DNA from: a bacterium
GTDB taxonomy: Bacteria; Bacteroidota; Ignavibacteria; UBA10030
Assembly (NCBI GenBank): GCA_043803945.1
Contig: JAZDJN010000076.1
Coordinates: 1-20,399 of the forward strand
Direction of reading: 5' to 3'
Length of the DNA stretch: 20,399 bases
Part shown: positions 1 to 8,292 of the stretch, one piece after another
Layout: each line of letters opens with the position of its first letter
How positions within the stretch are numbered: the stretch's first letter is position 1
Notes under the pieces: model-generated
What the model saw: only the letters and a program-made list of their open reading frames with translations
Databases searched by the model: none
What the model was told of the DNA's origin: nothing
Program-made: the position numbers and the translations under genes

Positions 1-165
1 TGCACAGAATAACCGCGGTCTCATATGAAGGGTTAAAACTCAATCTGCATTTACATGCACTGAAAACCGCATTCAAGCATTTGAGATCTCTTCAACCGAT
101 CGATTGGACCGCAAAACCTATTTTTGCGTAACATCAGTTAAAAGATGACTGGCACCTTCATGTTC

Positions 166-3100
166 CTACCGTGCCTTATAGACTTTTGCATACACCACCG
201 GCACGACAATCAACGTTAACAGCATGGAAGATGTTAATCCCCCAATGGTGCCGACCGAGAGCTGATACCAGAGGCTCGATTTATCTCCCATTAAGAGCAA
301 GGGAAGCATTCCGCCGATTGTTGTAAGTGTGGTCATTAAGATCGGTCGAAGACGTGTAGATGCAGCGTCAATCAGGACGGACTCGCTCCTGTTTTCTCCA
401 TGCAGGTGGCGGGCAAGATAGTCTACCAGCACAACAGAGTTGGTGACAACAATGCCGATAAGCAATACCACCGCTGCATAGCCGCCGCGGCCGAAAGGAA
501 CCTCCATGAGATAAAAGGCAAGAAAGAGCCCGATGAGAGAGAGTGGTATTGCAAGGATGACGATGAAGGGCTTAAGGAGTGATTCATAGAGAGAAGCGGT
601 AACCATGAAAACAATTGTAAACGCCAGCAGGGCAATGAGGATAAGGGAAATCTCCTGTTCTTCACGAAATCTGAAGAATTCATAACCCTGGTTGAATTGA
701 TAGCCGCTCGGCAAAGGCATAGCCTTTATTGTTCGCTCGAGATGCTGGGTACCATACTGCCATGGGCCTTTATATTCATAGGCAATGTTCCGGATGTATT
801 GTTGATTCTCGCGGGTAATTTGCGACGGCACACGGCGCTCTTCGAGCTTGATCAATTCACCCAGGCGAACCTGATCGCCGCGGCCATTGGCGATGACCGA
901 CTTCTGTAAATCATCGACGGAATAGTTCCGATACCCGATGAATTTAACGATGTACGGAACACGCTCTCCTTCAATATTGAGTGTGCTTTGCGTTACCGAA
1001 CCGCGGGAGAAATTCAGAATTGCCCGGACCACCTCCGCCACGGTGAATCCATGCCGTGCAATGGCATCGCGATCAACCGTGACAAACAGCTCAAATGTTT
1101 TTCTCCCCCACCCTCCTTCGATATCGACATCCTGCACGCGTGGATTACGCGAGAGCTGTTCCTTAAACTCCTCCGCAATTTCTCTGACTCTATTGTAGTT
1201 GTAACCCAATATTCCCACACGAAAGCTCATACTGCCGCCCTCACCACCGCTATAAAAACCGGGACCGAATCCGCTGACACTAATCGACGCGCCTCCTGTC
1301 TGCGCTGCAAATAATGTCAACTGATTTTTGAGTTCATAGGGAAGCGCTGTCATGGCAGCGGAGTCGGCAACATCGATTCTGATGACAGCGGAGCCCTCGG
1401 CAACACGCGTCGTTACTTTTGCAATGCTGCTGCCGTATTCCAGTGCCTGCCGCTCAATATCGGAGGCGATCTTGTCGAACCGCTCAAGCTCCGTTCCCCG
1501 CGGAAAGCTTACATATACACTGAGATAGGTGCGTTCGACATAGTTCCATATCTCTCCTTTGGAGACTTTTGCGAAGAAAAGATGCGATGAGCCGCCGAGG
1601 ATGTAATTAATGTACGGTTTTGCTGTAAGGTAATACTCGCTGCCAAAGGTGTAGCCATACAATGCAGAGAGCAGCGATTGCGATTCGATTTTATCCGGCA
1701 TCAGCCAGACCGGCAGGCCAAATATCCATATTGTGAGAGCGATAACGAACTTTTTCCTCCTGAGTGAAAACCGGAGGAATGCCTGATACAGCTTCGTTCC
1801 TTTGTCGCCAATCCATTCAAGAGGAGAGATTCGAAATGGCGTCAGGTCGATCCGGTAAGTGACTGTCGGTATCAAGGTGAACGAAACGAAGAGGGACATT
1901 ATCAAGGAGACTGCAACCGCGATACCGAAGTCGAGAAAGTACGGCTTCAGGTCGGGGGGAAGAAATTCGAGAGGCAGCAATGCACCGACGGTTGTGATGG
2001 TTGATGCAATGACAGGAAGCGCAATTTCATGGACAGCATGAGAGACGTTACTGCTGCTTGCCTCATCCTGCCCTGCGAACATACTCCCTCTCCTCATAGG
2101 AGAGGGAAGGGGTGAGGCTGTAATTGCACTATCTGCGGAACTCCATCCTTCCCTTCCCCTAAGAGGGGAAGGTATTTTTATTTCTTGTAGGTTACTATGC
2201 CGATAAATATTATCCAGCACGACTATCGAATCATCGACAAGGCGTCCGAAGCCGAGGACGAGCCCGGCCATGGTAAGCAGGTTCAGACCGATGCCGAGTC
2301 CCCAGAAGATGAGAAACGTTCCAGCGAGCGAGAAGAAGATAGAGGAAAGCACAAGTGCCGATGCCTTAAGGCTTCTCAGAAAGAGCGTCAGCACAAAGCC
2401 GATGCAGAGCAGTGAGATGATGATTTCCTTGTAAAGGTTATCGAGATCGCTGCGAAGCTTTTCACTCTTATCGGACTCTTTGATCAATTTTAATCCTGGT
2501 GGAAAATCTTTTTGAAGCTCGGCGAGTTTATCAAAGACTGCGTCGGCAAGCTTCAGTGTGTTAACTCCCTGTTCTTTATTAATGATGAGTGTAATTGAAG
2601 GTTTTCCGTTGATACGGTAAAAACTCTTCACCTCGGCAACGCCATCGCGCACGGTGGCGATATCCTGCAGGCGCACCGGCACATCATTCGGCAGTCGGGC
2701 AACGATCTGTGATTCAAGCTCATGCAAGTTTGTGGTGCTGTTACGGACAGCGATGATGATCTTTGCTCCCTGCTCATCGACAGAGCCGACAGGCTTATTA
2801 AATTCGATCTCTCTCAAGCGTGAGGTAATTTCGTCGCTGTTGAGGCCGAGCGCAACGACCTTTGCCGGATCTAGCGAAACCTGCAGTTCCCGTTTTTCTC
2901 CTCCAATAACCTGTGCATTTGCAATACCCTTCAGGGAGAGCAGGGCCGGCACGATTGTCTCTTCTGCATATTTGCTGAGCGCCTGGGCAGACTGGCCGCC
3001 GGAGAGTGAATAGGAGAGGAAGCCCTGCAGGTCGCGCAAATCGCGTGGCACATAGCGGGATATAATTGGTGGAGATGCACCCGGCGGCATGCTCTCGGCA

Positions 3101-3450
3101 AAGGCGGCGAGTTTCTCATTCAACTCCAGCCGCGCAAAGTTCATATCGATGCCCGGTTCGAATTCGAGATCGACCGATGTCTGGCCTTCATCGGATGTAG
3201 AGCTTACCTTGCGGACACCCTGGACGGTGTTGGCAATCTCTTCGATCGGTGCGGTAATAAATTGCTCCATGGTTTCCGGCGAGGTGTTGCCCCACGATGC
3301 AGCGATAGAAAGGCGCGGATATTCTTTTTCCGGTGCAAGTTCCAACGGCAGGTGCATAAACGCAAAGGTTCCACCGACGAGCAACGTGCCATAGAGCATG
3401 CTGACGGCAACAGGGCGATTGATGAGTTTTTCGAAGAAGTGGTGCGACAT
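166..3450 (-). CDS. RND efflux permease subunit (AcrB/AcrD/AcrF family), 1094 aa
   Basis: N-terminal RPVAV + TM1, 'E.FITAPIEE', TM4 'GRLVDDSIVV', TM11 'RLRPILMTTLTT', C-terminal 'GGLTSSMLLTLIVVPVVY'. About 40 aa palindrome-derived insertion after TM4. Confidence 0.95.
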   Translation of the reverse strand: MSHHFFEKLINRPVAVSMLYGTLLVGGTFAFMHLPLELAPEKEYPRLSIAASWGNTSPETMEQFITAPIEEIANTVQGVRKVSSTSDEGQTSVDLEFEPGIDMNFARLELNEKLAAFAESMPPGASPPIISRYVPRDLRDLQGFLSYSLSGGQSAQALSKYAEETIVPALLSLKGIANAQVIGGEKRELQVSLDPAKVVALGLNSDEITSRLREIEFNKPVGSVDEQGAKIIIAVRNSTTNLHELESQIVARLPNDVPVRLQDIATVRDGVAEVKSFYRINGKPSITLIINKEQGVNTLKLADAVFDKLAELQKDFPPGLKLIKESDKSEKLRSDLDNLYKEIIISLLCIGFVLTLFLRSLKASALVLSSIFFSLAGTFLIFWGLGIGLNLLTMAGLVLGFGRLVDDSIVVLDNIYRHSNLQEIKIPSPLRGREGWSSADSAITASPLPSPMRRGSMFAGQDEASSSNVSHAVHEIALPVIASTITTVGALLPLEFLPPDLKPYFLDFGIAVAVSLIMSLFVSFTLIPTVTYRIDLTPFRISPLEWIGDKGTKLYQAFLRFSLRRKKFVIALTIWIFGLPVWLMPDKIESQSLLSALYGYTFGSEYYLTAKPYINYILGGSSHLFFAKVSKGEIWNYVERTYLSVYVSFPRGTELERFDKIASDIERQALEYGSSIAKVTTRVAEGSAVIRIDVADSAAMTALPYELKNQLTLFAAQTGGASISVSGFGPGFYSGGEGGSMSFRVGILGYNYNRVREIAEEFKEQLSRNPRVQDVDIEGGWGRKTFELFVTVDRDAIARHGFTVAEVVRAILNFSRGSVTQSTLNIEGERVPYIVKFIGYRNYSVDDLQKSVIANGRGDQVRLGELIKLEERRVPSQITRENQQYIRNIAYEYKGPWQYGTQHLERTIKAMPLPSGYQFNQGYEFFRFREEQEISLILIALLAFTIVFMVTASLYESLLKPFIVILAIPLSLIGLFLAFYLMEVPFGRGGYAAVVLLIGIVVTNSVVLVDYLARHLHGENRSESVLIDAASTRLRPILMTTLTTIGGMLPLLLMGDKSSLWYQLSVGTIGGLTSSMLLTLIVVPVVYAKVYKAR
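2084..2172. repeat. Inverted pair of REP-like hairpins (second family) inserted in frame in the RND gene
   Basis: TCCCTCTCCT-CAT-AGGAGAGGGA (2085-2107) and CCTTCCCCT-AAG-AGGGGAAGG (2152-2172). They translate as PSPLRGREGW...SPLPSPMRRG. Confidence 0.8.
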
Positions 3451-3743
3451 GAAAATACTCAGGTGCTAATGTGGTTAGAATTCTTAGGTCAGGGAGGATT
3501 AGATATTTTATAGAAAGATGTTAAGTTTTATTAAATTTTAAAACTATCTTTTGTTTATGATTTATTTCTTTTCCCTTATTTCTGCTTTCTTCACATTCTA
3601 GAATATAGCGATAATTAATAGGCGATTAATAAATTATTGGAGTGATAAAGAAAATACTCTATCAGGTGTAAAGACAATATATTAGTAGGAGAGCATAAGA
3701 ATTATTATTCAGAATTCCTCGGAGAGTCTGAGTAAATAGAAAT

Positions 3744-4139
3744 TCAATTATTCAGATTCATTCTTTCCTTCTGTTCGATTTCATCATCCTTCAATTTAAA
3801 ATATTTATTAAAAAGAGGTCTCTTTTTCCAGAGGTATGTGAGAAGTAAACCATAGATAATCAACAGAACAATATAATATTCAATACCTGGGGGAGGGGGT
3901 ATAATCTTTAACCAGGTTAATAATAAATATGTGGGCACGGTTGGTAGATAGCTATAGAATAATACTGAACCAATATATTTGGATTTCCGATAGAATAGTA
4001 AGATGCAATATATAATCACGATGATACTATAGATGCTAAGCGGTGATATACTACCAGTAATTATCATGCGGTATATAGAATATGGTATTACTAATGTAGC
4101 GATAAACAATCCTTTTTTTAAAGAGGGCTTATCTCCCAT
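3744..4139 (-). CDS. Small integral membrane protein (~4 TM), 131 aa, function unknown
   Basis: Four hydrophobic stretches and a charged C-terminal tail. AAAGGA SD before the ATG; co-oriented with the operon; AT-rich. Confidence 0.7.
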   Translation of the reverse strand: MGDKPSLKKGLFIATLVIPYSIYRMIITGSISPLSIYSIIVIIYCILLFYRKSKYIGSVLFYSYLPTVPTYLLLTWLKIIPPPPGIEYYIVLLIIYGLLLTYLWKKRPLFNKYFKLKDDEIEQKERMNLNN

Positions 4140-4159
4140 TTTGTTCCTTTGCTAAATTA

Positions 4160-4726
4160 TTAAGATTTTGAAAGCGTTTTTAATAGAAGTTCTCTAATTG
4201 AAGTTACATCTCTTTTTTCAAAGGGGAAAGCTTTCTTAACAAAACGGTCGGATGATGTATTAATCAGAATACAACTGTTTTTTATTCCAATTTTCGAACT
4301 CCCTTCTACAACATAACTAGTAAACGATATTGAATGTATTTCCTTCCAGCGCTTTGAAAATCTTTCCATTACAATGGGAGAACGGTTTTCTTTTTCGAAA
4401 AGAACAATTATTGCACTTGATGATTTTGAATTTTCAGACTCCAACAATTTACAAACAATAAAAAGTGCTTCCTTACAGCCACCGCAACCTAGGTCGCTCA
4501 TTTTCAGCCATATTATTACTTTAATTGTATCCAGACAATATCTTTGCCTTGAGTGGATTTCTATCGTTTGAATATCCGTGGCTGCGAGCACGTCAGATGA
4601 TTTCAATTCAGAAGCTTTTTGCAATGACCTTCCTTTCTCCTGTTGGCTCATGACAATGAATATACCTATACAAATGCCAGGTAATATTAAAAAGAATAGA
4701 ACAAATCTGAGTTTGGATAATATCAT
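4160..4726 (-). CDS. Membrane-anchored CxxC (thioredoxin-like) protein, 188 aa
   Basis: N-terminal TM; beta-strand KVIIWLKM followed by CGGC and a predicted helix. The Trx fold is inferred, not confirmed. Confidence 0.6.
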   Translation of the reverse strand: MILSKLRFVLFFLILPGICIGIFIVMSQQEKGRSLQKASELKSSDVLAATDIQTIEIHSRQRYCLDTIKVIIWLKMSDLGCGGCKEALFIVCKLLESENSKSSSAIIVLFEKENRSPIVMERFSKRWKEIHSISFTSYVVEGSSKIGIKNSCILINTSSDRFVKKAFPFEKRDVTSIRELLLKTLSKS

Positions 4727-4784
4727 GGCTAATAAATGATCTTTGACCTTTTAATCCGAGTTCCTAGTTCTTCTGAAGTATCTC

Positions 4785-4905
4785 CTTGTTCCCAAGCTCC
4801 GCTTTCTTTACAATCATCTCTCAAATCACCCATCTGTTTAGTTCGTCTCTAACAGCCGAAGCAGAGCTTCACATTCCACGTTCCCAAACAGAGCTTGGGA
4901 ACGAG
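4785..4905. repeat. REPIN-like doublet with collapsed left end
   Basis: CTTGTTCCCAAGCTCCGCTTT (4785-4805), spacer similar to those at 14221 and 16243, GAAGCAGAGCTTC (4858-4870), GTTCCCAAACAGAGCTTGGGAACGAG (4880-4905). Confidence 0.85.
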
Positions 4906-4925
4906 AAGTAAGAAGCTCAAGAAGA

Positions 4926-5987
4926 TTATTTTAGCTTTAATCGATAGTGCACAATCGTTGGATTTCGAAAATCTCCGTCTTCATCAGGCTTGGCTGATTT
5001 GAGAAGATAAAAAGAATCTTCGCTTACAGAATAATCCTCAAACTCTTCCGGAAGTTCTACTTCGGATGCTATCGGAGTACCATCTTTCAAATAGATATCC
5101 AGCCAGGAATATGGTTTATTGCCGTCGATTGGAGAATCCTGCTGGAGGAATACAAAGATAAATTTGTCTTTCAGCATGGATATATTTCTGATAGCTGATA
5201 TTTTCCTCAGATACTCTACAAAGCCTTTCCCACTATTCAGCATAACTGCATCAGGTTTTTTATAAGGGTGATAAGAGGAAGACGGCGCCCCAAAGATTAG
5301 AATCAATTCACCGCGTGCATTGAACTTTTTAATCGCATACTCCCATCTCTCAAGCTCATAGATATTATCCTCGCTATCCATGACAATCCCTCCGCCAAAC
5401 ATTCCCAGCCTTCTGTCATATTCTTTTGAAACAACTGCGAACATGCCCGTCATATTCCCAAGGCTGTCATATCTGGTTATCGTTAACTCTGAGGGCTGCG
5501 GATCGGTCCTCCAGAAAAAGAATTCAGACTTCGAGTTCTGAAGAAATTTGTGGCCATACGCATTCATTTTAATTGAACGCAGAAATGATCCATCTGGTAA
5601 GTATTGAATAATCTTCCGTTGATAGGAATCATAAAGAAGGATATTGCCGTGTCGATCAGAGGTAATATCCATCGCATTGATATACTCATTTGGACCTTTT
5701 CCATTACCCCCCAATATCCCCGCAAATCTTCCATCCTGATGAAACCGGAACACTTGTTGTTTTGAGGATGAGCTAAGAACAAGATATCCGCCGCCAGGCA
5801 CGATAGAGAATCCGCCAATGCGTCCGATCAAATGATCCTTGCCCGTGGAGAGCTGAATTTCATTTACCTTTTCAAAGGCTTCATTGAAGTGTTTCTTCGG
5901 GCCCGGTTGCTGATTATTTGGTGAGCACGATAGTATGAGACAGAGTATTATTGCCAGGAATACAGAAACGAATGAAGTGCTTTTCAT
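4926..5987 (-). CDS. 6-bladed beta-propeller (NHL/DUF5128-like) lipoprotein, 353 aa
   Basis: Lipobox ILSC; GGNGKGPNEY motif; repeated D..GNI.LYD / Y..DG.F blades; GAAGGG SD. Confidence 0.85.
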   Translation of the reverse strand: MKSTSFVSVFLAIILCLILSCSPNNQQPGPKKHFNEAFEKVNEIQLSTGKDHLIGRIGGFSIVPGGGYLVLSSSSKQQVFRFHQDGRFAGILGGNGKGPNEYINAMDITSDRHGNILLYDSYQRKIIQYLPDGSFLRSIKMNAYGHKFLQNSKSEFFFWRTDPQPSELTITRYDSLGNMTGMFAVVSKEYDRRLGMFGGGIVMDSEDNIYELERWEYAIKKFNARGELILIFGAPSSSYHPYKKPDAVMLNSGKGFVEYLRKISAIRNISMLKDKFIFVFLQQDSPIDGNKPYSWLDIYLKDGTPIASEVELPEEFEDYSVSEDSFYLLKSAKPDEDGDFRNPTIVHYRLKLK

Positions 5988-6127
5988 CGCTATCCCTTCT
6001 TATTCAAATATCAGGCTTGAAGATTTATATCTATGCATAATTTACTTGAAAGCGATTACAATTGTTTTCTTCACTAACGATTGTTTATCTACACTTGCAT
6101 ATTCTTTTCGGTGTGACTTGCATTTCT

Positions 6128-6175
6128 GAAGCAGAGCTTCGCTCTCTGCATTCCCAAACAGAGTTTGGGAACGAG
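6128..6175. repeat. Orphan right-type REP end
   Basis: GAAGCAGAGCTTC-N9-ATTCCCAAACAGAGTTTGGGAACGAG. No left partner seen in 5990-6127. Confidence 0.85.
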
Positions 6176-6184
6176 ATTCTTTAC

Positions 6185-6850
6185 CTTGTTCCCAAGCTCT
6201 GCTTGGGAACATTTTTTATAAAGCTCTGCTTACTTCTCTTCTGACAATCTCCAGTCCGTGGCAACTTCTACCAAACCTTTTTTACCCTCATAATCCCGAG
6301 CACTCGAATACCTCCAGTGCGATGGCTCGTCGACATATCCTCTCCGAACAGGATTGTAGTGAATGTACTCGATCTTTTGGATCAACATCGTTTCGTCAGA
6401 TAGCAATTGCGGGTGACTCCCCTCTTGCCACACCTGATACATACTCTCCTTTTTGTGAACACATTTTCTCAGCTGAAGCTCTTTCAACATACCAGCATGA
6501 CCCTTTTCTTCCAATCGATCAATAATCTTTCGGGCAGTAAAGGACTTAAATTCCTTCATTACTTTTGGTAATTTGTCTGCATGAGCAATCAGGTGGAAAT
6601 GATTTTCTAATAGTACATAAGCAAAAATTATAACTGAACGGTCGATGTGAATAAACTGCAACGAGTTTAGGATGATCTCTGCAAAACATGGTTGAGAAAA
6701 AAGCGGAAGCCAGTCCACAACCGTCATGGTCATAAAATAGGGTTGATGAGTTTCATAGAATCTGTATCGAGTGCGTGACATCGTGAACGTTCCTGAATAG
6801 TAGAAGCAGAGCTTCTATGTCTATGTTCCCAAACAGAGTTTGGGAACGAG
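6185..6850 (-). mobile_element. RAYT element 1 bounded by inverted REP ends
   Basis: Left end CTTGTTCCCAAGCTCTGCTTGGGAAC (6185-6210); right end GTTCCCAAACAGAGTTTGGGAACGAG (6825-6850); RAYT ORF between them. Confidence 0.85.
6230..6781 (-). CDS. rayT: REP-associated tyrosine transposase (Y1 HUH, IS200/TnpA-REP-like), 183 aa
   Basis: YFMTMT, HUH motif ENHFHLI, FKSFTA, WQEG, catalytic-Tyr motif YIHYNPV, W.YSS. Flanked by REPs. Confidence 0.92.
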   Translation of the reverse strand: MSRTRYRFYETHQPYFMTMTVVDWLPLFSQPCFAEIILNSLQFIHIDRSVIIFAYVLLENHFHLIAHADKLPKVMKEFKSFTARKIIDRLEEKGHAGMLKELQLRKCVHKKESMYQVWQEGSHPQLLSDETMLIQKIEYIHYNPVRRGYVDEPSHWRYSSARDYEGKKGLVEVATDWRLSEEK

Positions 6851-6896
6851 AAGTAAATTCTATTTTTCCACGAGATGCTCGAGTAACGTTGTAAAA

Positions 6897-8017
6897 TTAA
6901 ATGGTGTACTCAATCTTATATTTCTCAATCCAACTTGTGAGATACTTGCTTTGAATCAGGATATAGACACTCGAATCAGGTCCAATAACTGCACATTTAT
7001 ATTCATATCCATGATCATAGGGAAGCGTGGGGAGTGCGAGACGGGCAGTGTGTTCTCCGTTCCTGTTGTAATAATCGATAATTGACTCTTTACCTTCAGC
7101 ATCCGTAACAACAGCGAGCAGATAGTTACCCACCATAGCAATGCCAATCAATTTCCCAGAAGGGAGATTTTTCAGTTTTACACCAAAAGAAGTTTCTGAG
7201 AGAGATGACTGAAAATCGAAACGGCTTGTCGTGCTGAACGAAACGGGCATAGTAAATTCCTGCTCACTATGGCTCTTCAAATCAAGCATCATCATTCGAT
7301 AGGGATGTCGTTGACTGTATACTATTCCCGTTGATGATAGGGGCAGCATCCGTGTCATATTAGCTGTGTAACTGAACGTAGCCAGAGAAGGGCGTGCTCT
7401 TACATCAGAGTTCAGTATTTTATTAATAATACCCTCCTGTGGCTCTACAATTGTTCCATAGAATTCAATTGGCAGGGGTGAATGAATCTTGTACATATCT
7501 ATCGGTTTCGTGGTAAGTCTGAGAAAATATCTGCTCGTCAAAAAATAGAATCATTCAGGAGAACCGCATCGTCACAGTCATCCTTGAGAATCGAGCTCAT
7601 TATATATTTGCCTACTCTGGAAAAGAGGGTGATAATTTTACTTCTACTATCAAGAACCAAGAGTCTACTATCAGATTCTATTCGCAACCTGTTAATGTCT
7701 TGAAATTCACCCGGACCCTTTCCCTTTCGACCGAACTTTCTTATTTCCTCTCCAGTCTTCGCATCAAGAACCCGGACATAACATTCCGATCCATCGCCTA
7801 AGAAAAGCTCTTCGTTATTTGATACTGCTATATCTCGTATTTTATAATAGGAGGCTTGACTCTCACTCAGAGTATCAGGTGTACCAATAGTAAGAACATG
7901 CCTTATTTTTCCATGAAGGATCGTAACATCTTTTCGCTGTGAATATAACTGGCAATACAAAATTGTGACGATAATTAACACATATCGAATTATTCTCACC
8001 GATGTTCTCTTTTTCAT
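6897..8017 (-). pseudogene. Frameshifted 6-bladed beta-propeller exported protein (ORFs 7538-8017 + 6897-7541; 373 aa if joined)
   Basis: The N-part has a signal peptide and GRKGKGPGEF. The two parts align colinearly with 11784-12911. One extra T in the T6 run (7540-7545) fuses them. Confidence 0.8.
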
Positions 8018-8026
8018 TTCTTTTTC

Positions 8027-8164
8027 CTCGTTCCATAGCTCTGCTATGGAACGTTGCTTTGTAAGCTCCGCTTATATCATGGGAACCCACACATACTAGA
8101 TGTCCATCTCACTAACGAAGCAGAGCTTCACATTCTACGTTCCCAAACAGAGTTTGGGAACGAG
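8027..8164. repeat. REPIN-like doublet with variant left hairpin
   Basis: CTCGTTCCATAGCTCTGCTATGGAAC (8027-8052), TAAGCTCCGCTTA (8062-8074), GAAGCAGAGCTTC (8117-8129), right REP 8139-8164. Confidence 0.85.
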
Positions 8165-8169
8165 AGTCT

Positions 8170-8292
8170 CTCGTTTGTCTGCCGACTGTTATCTGCCTTC
8201 TGTCCTCTTTTACTTGCTCCTTTATACTTAATACTTTCTACTCTCCCCGTCTCCCCCTCACCCACTCACGCTCTTACTCTCTCACCCTCTCG
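8170..8292. repeat. Degenerate 7-/8-mer pyrimidine-rich tandem repeats
   Basis: TGTCTGC CGACTGT TATCTGC CTTCTGT; TACTTAA TACTTTC TACTCTC; CCCCGTCT CCCCCTCA CCCACTCA. Confidence 0.55.

Noticed and set aside
1-24. Possible start of a downstream gene (MRPRLFCA..., minus strand), perhaps TolC
   Set aside because: Only 8 codons are visible and there is no SD, so it cannot be supported.
3540-3700. Possible decayed membrane-protein gene in the AT-rich gap
   Set aside because: The frames checked have several stops, and the hydrophobic look is expected from AT-rich DNA.
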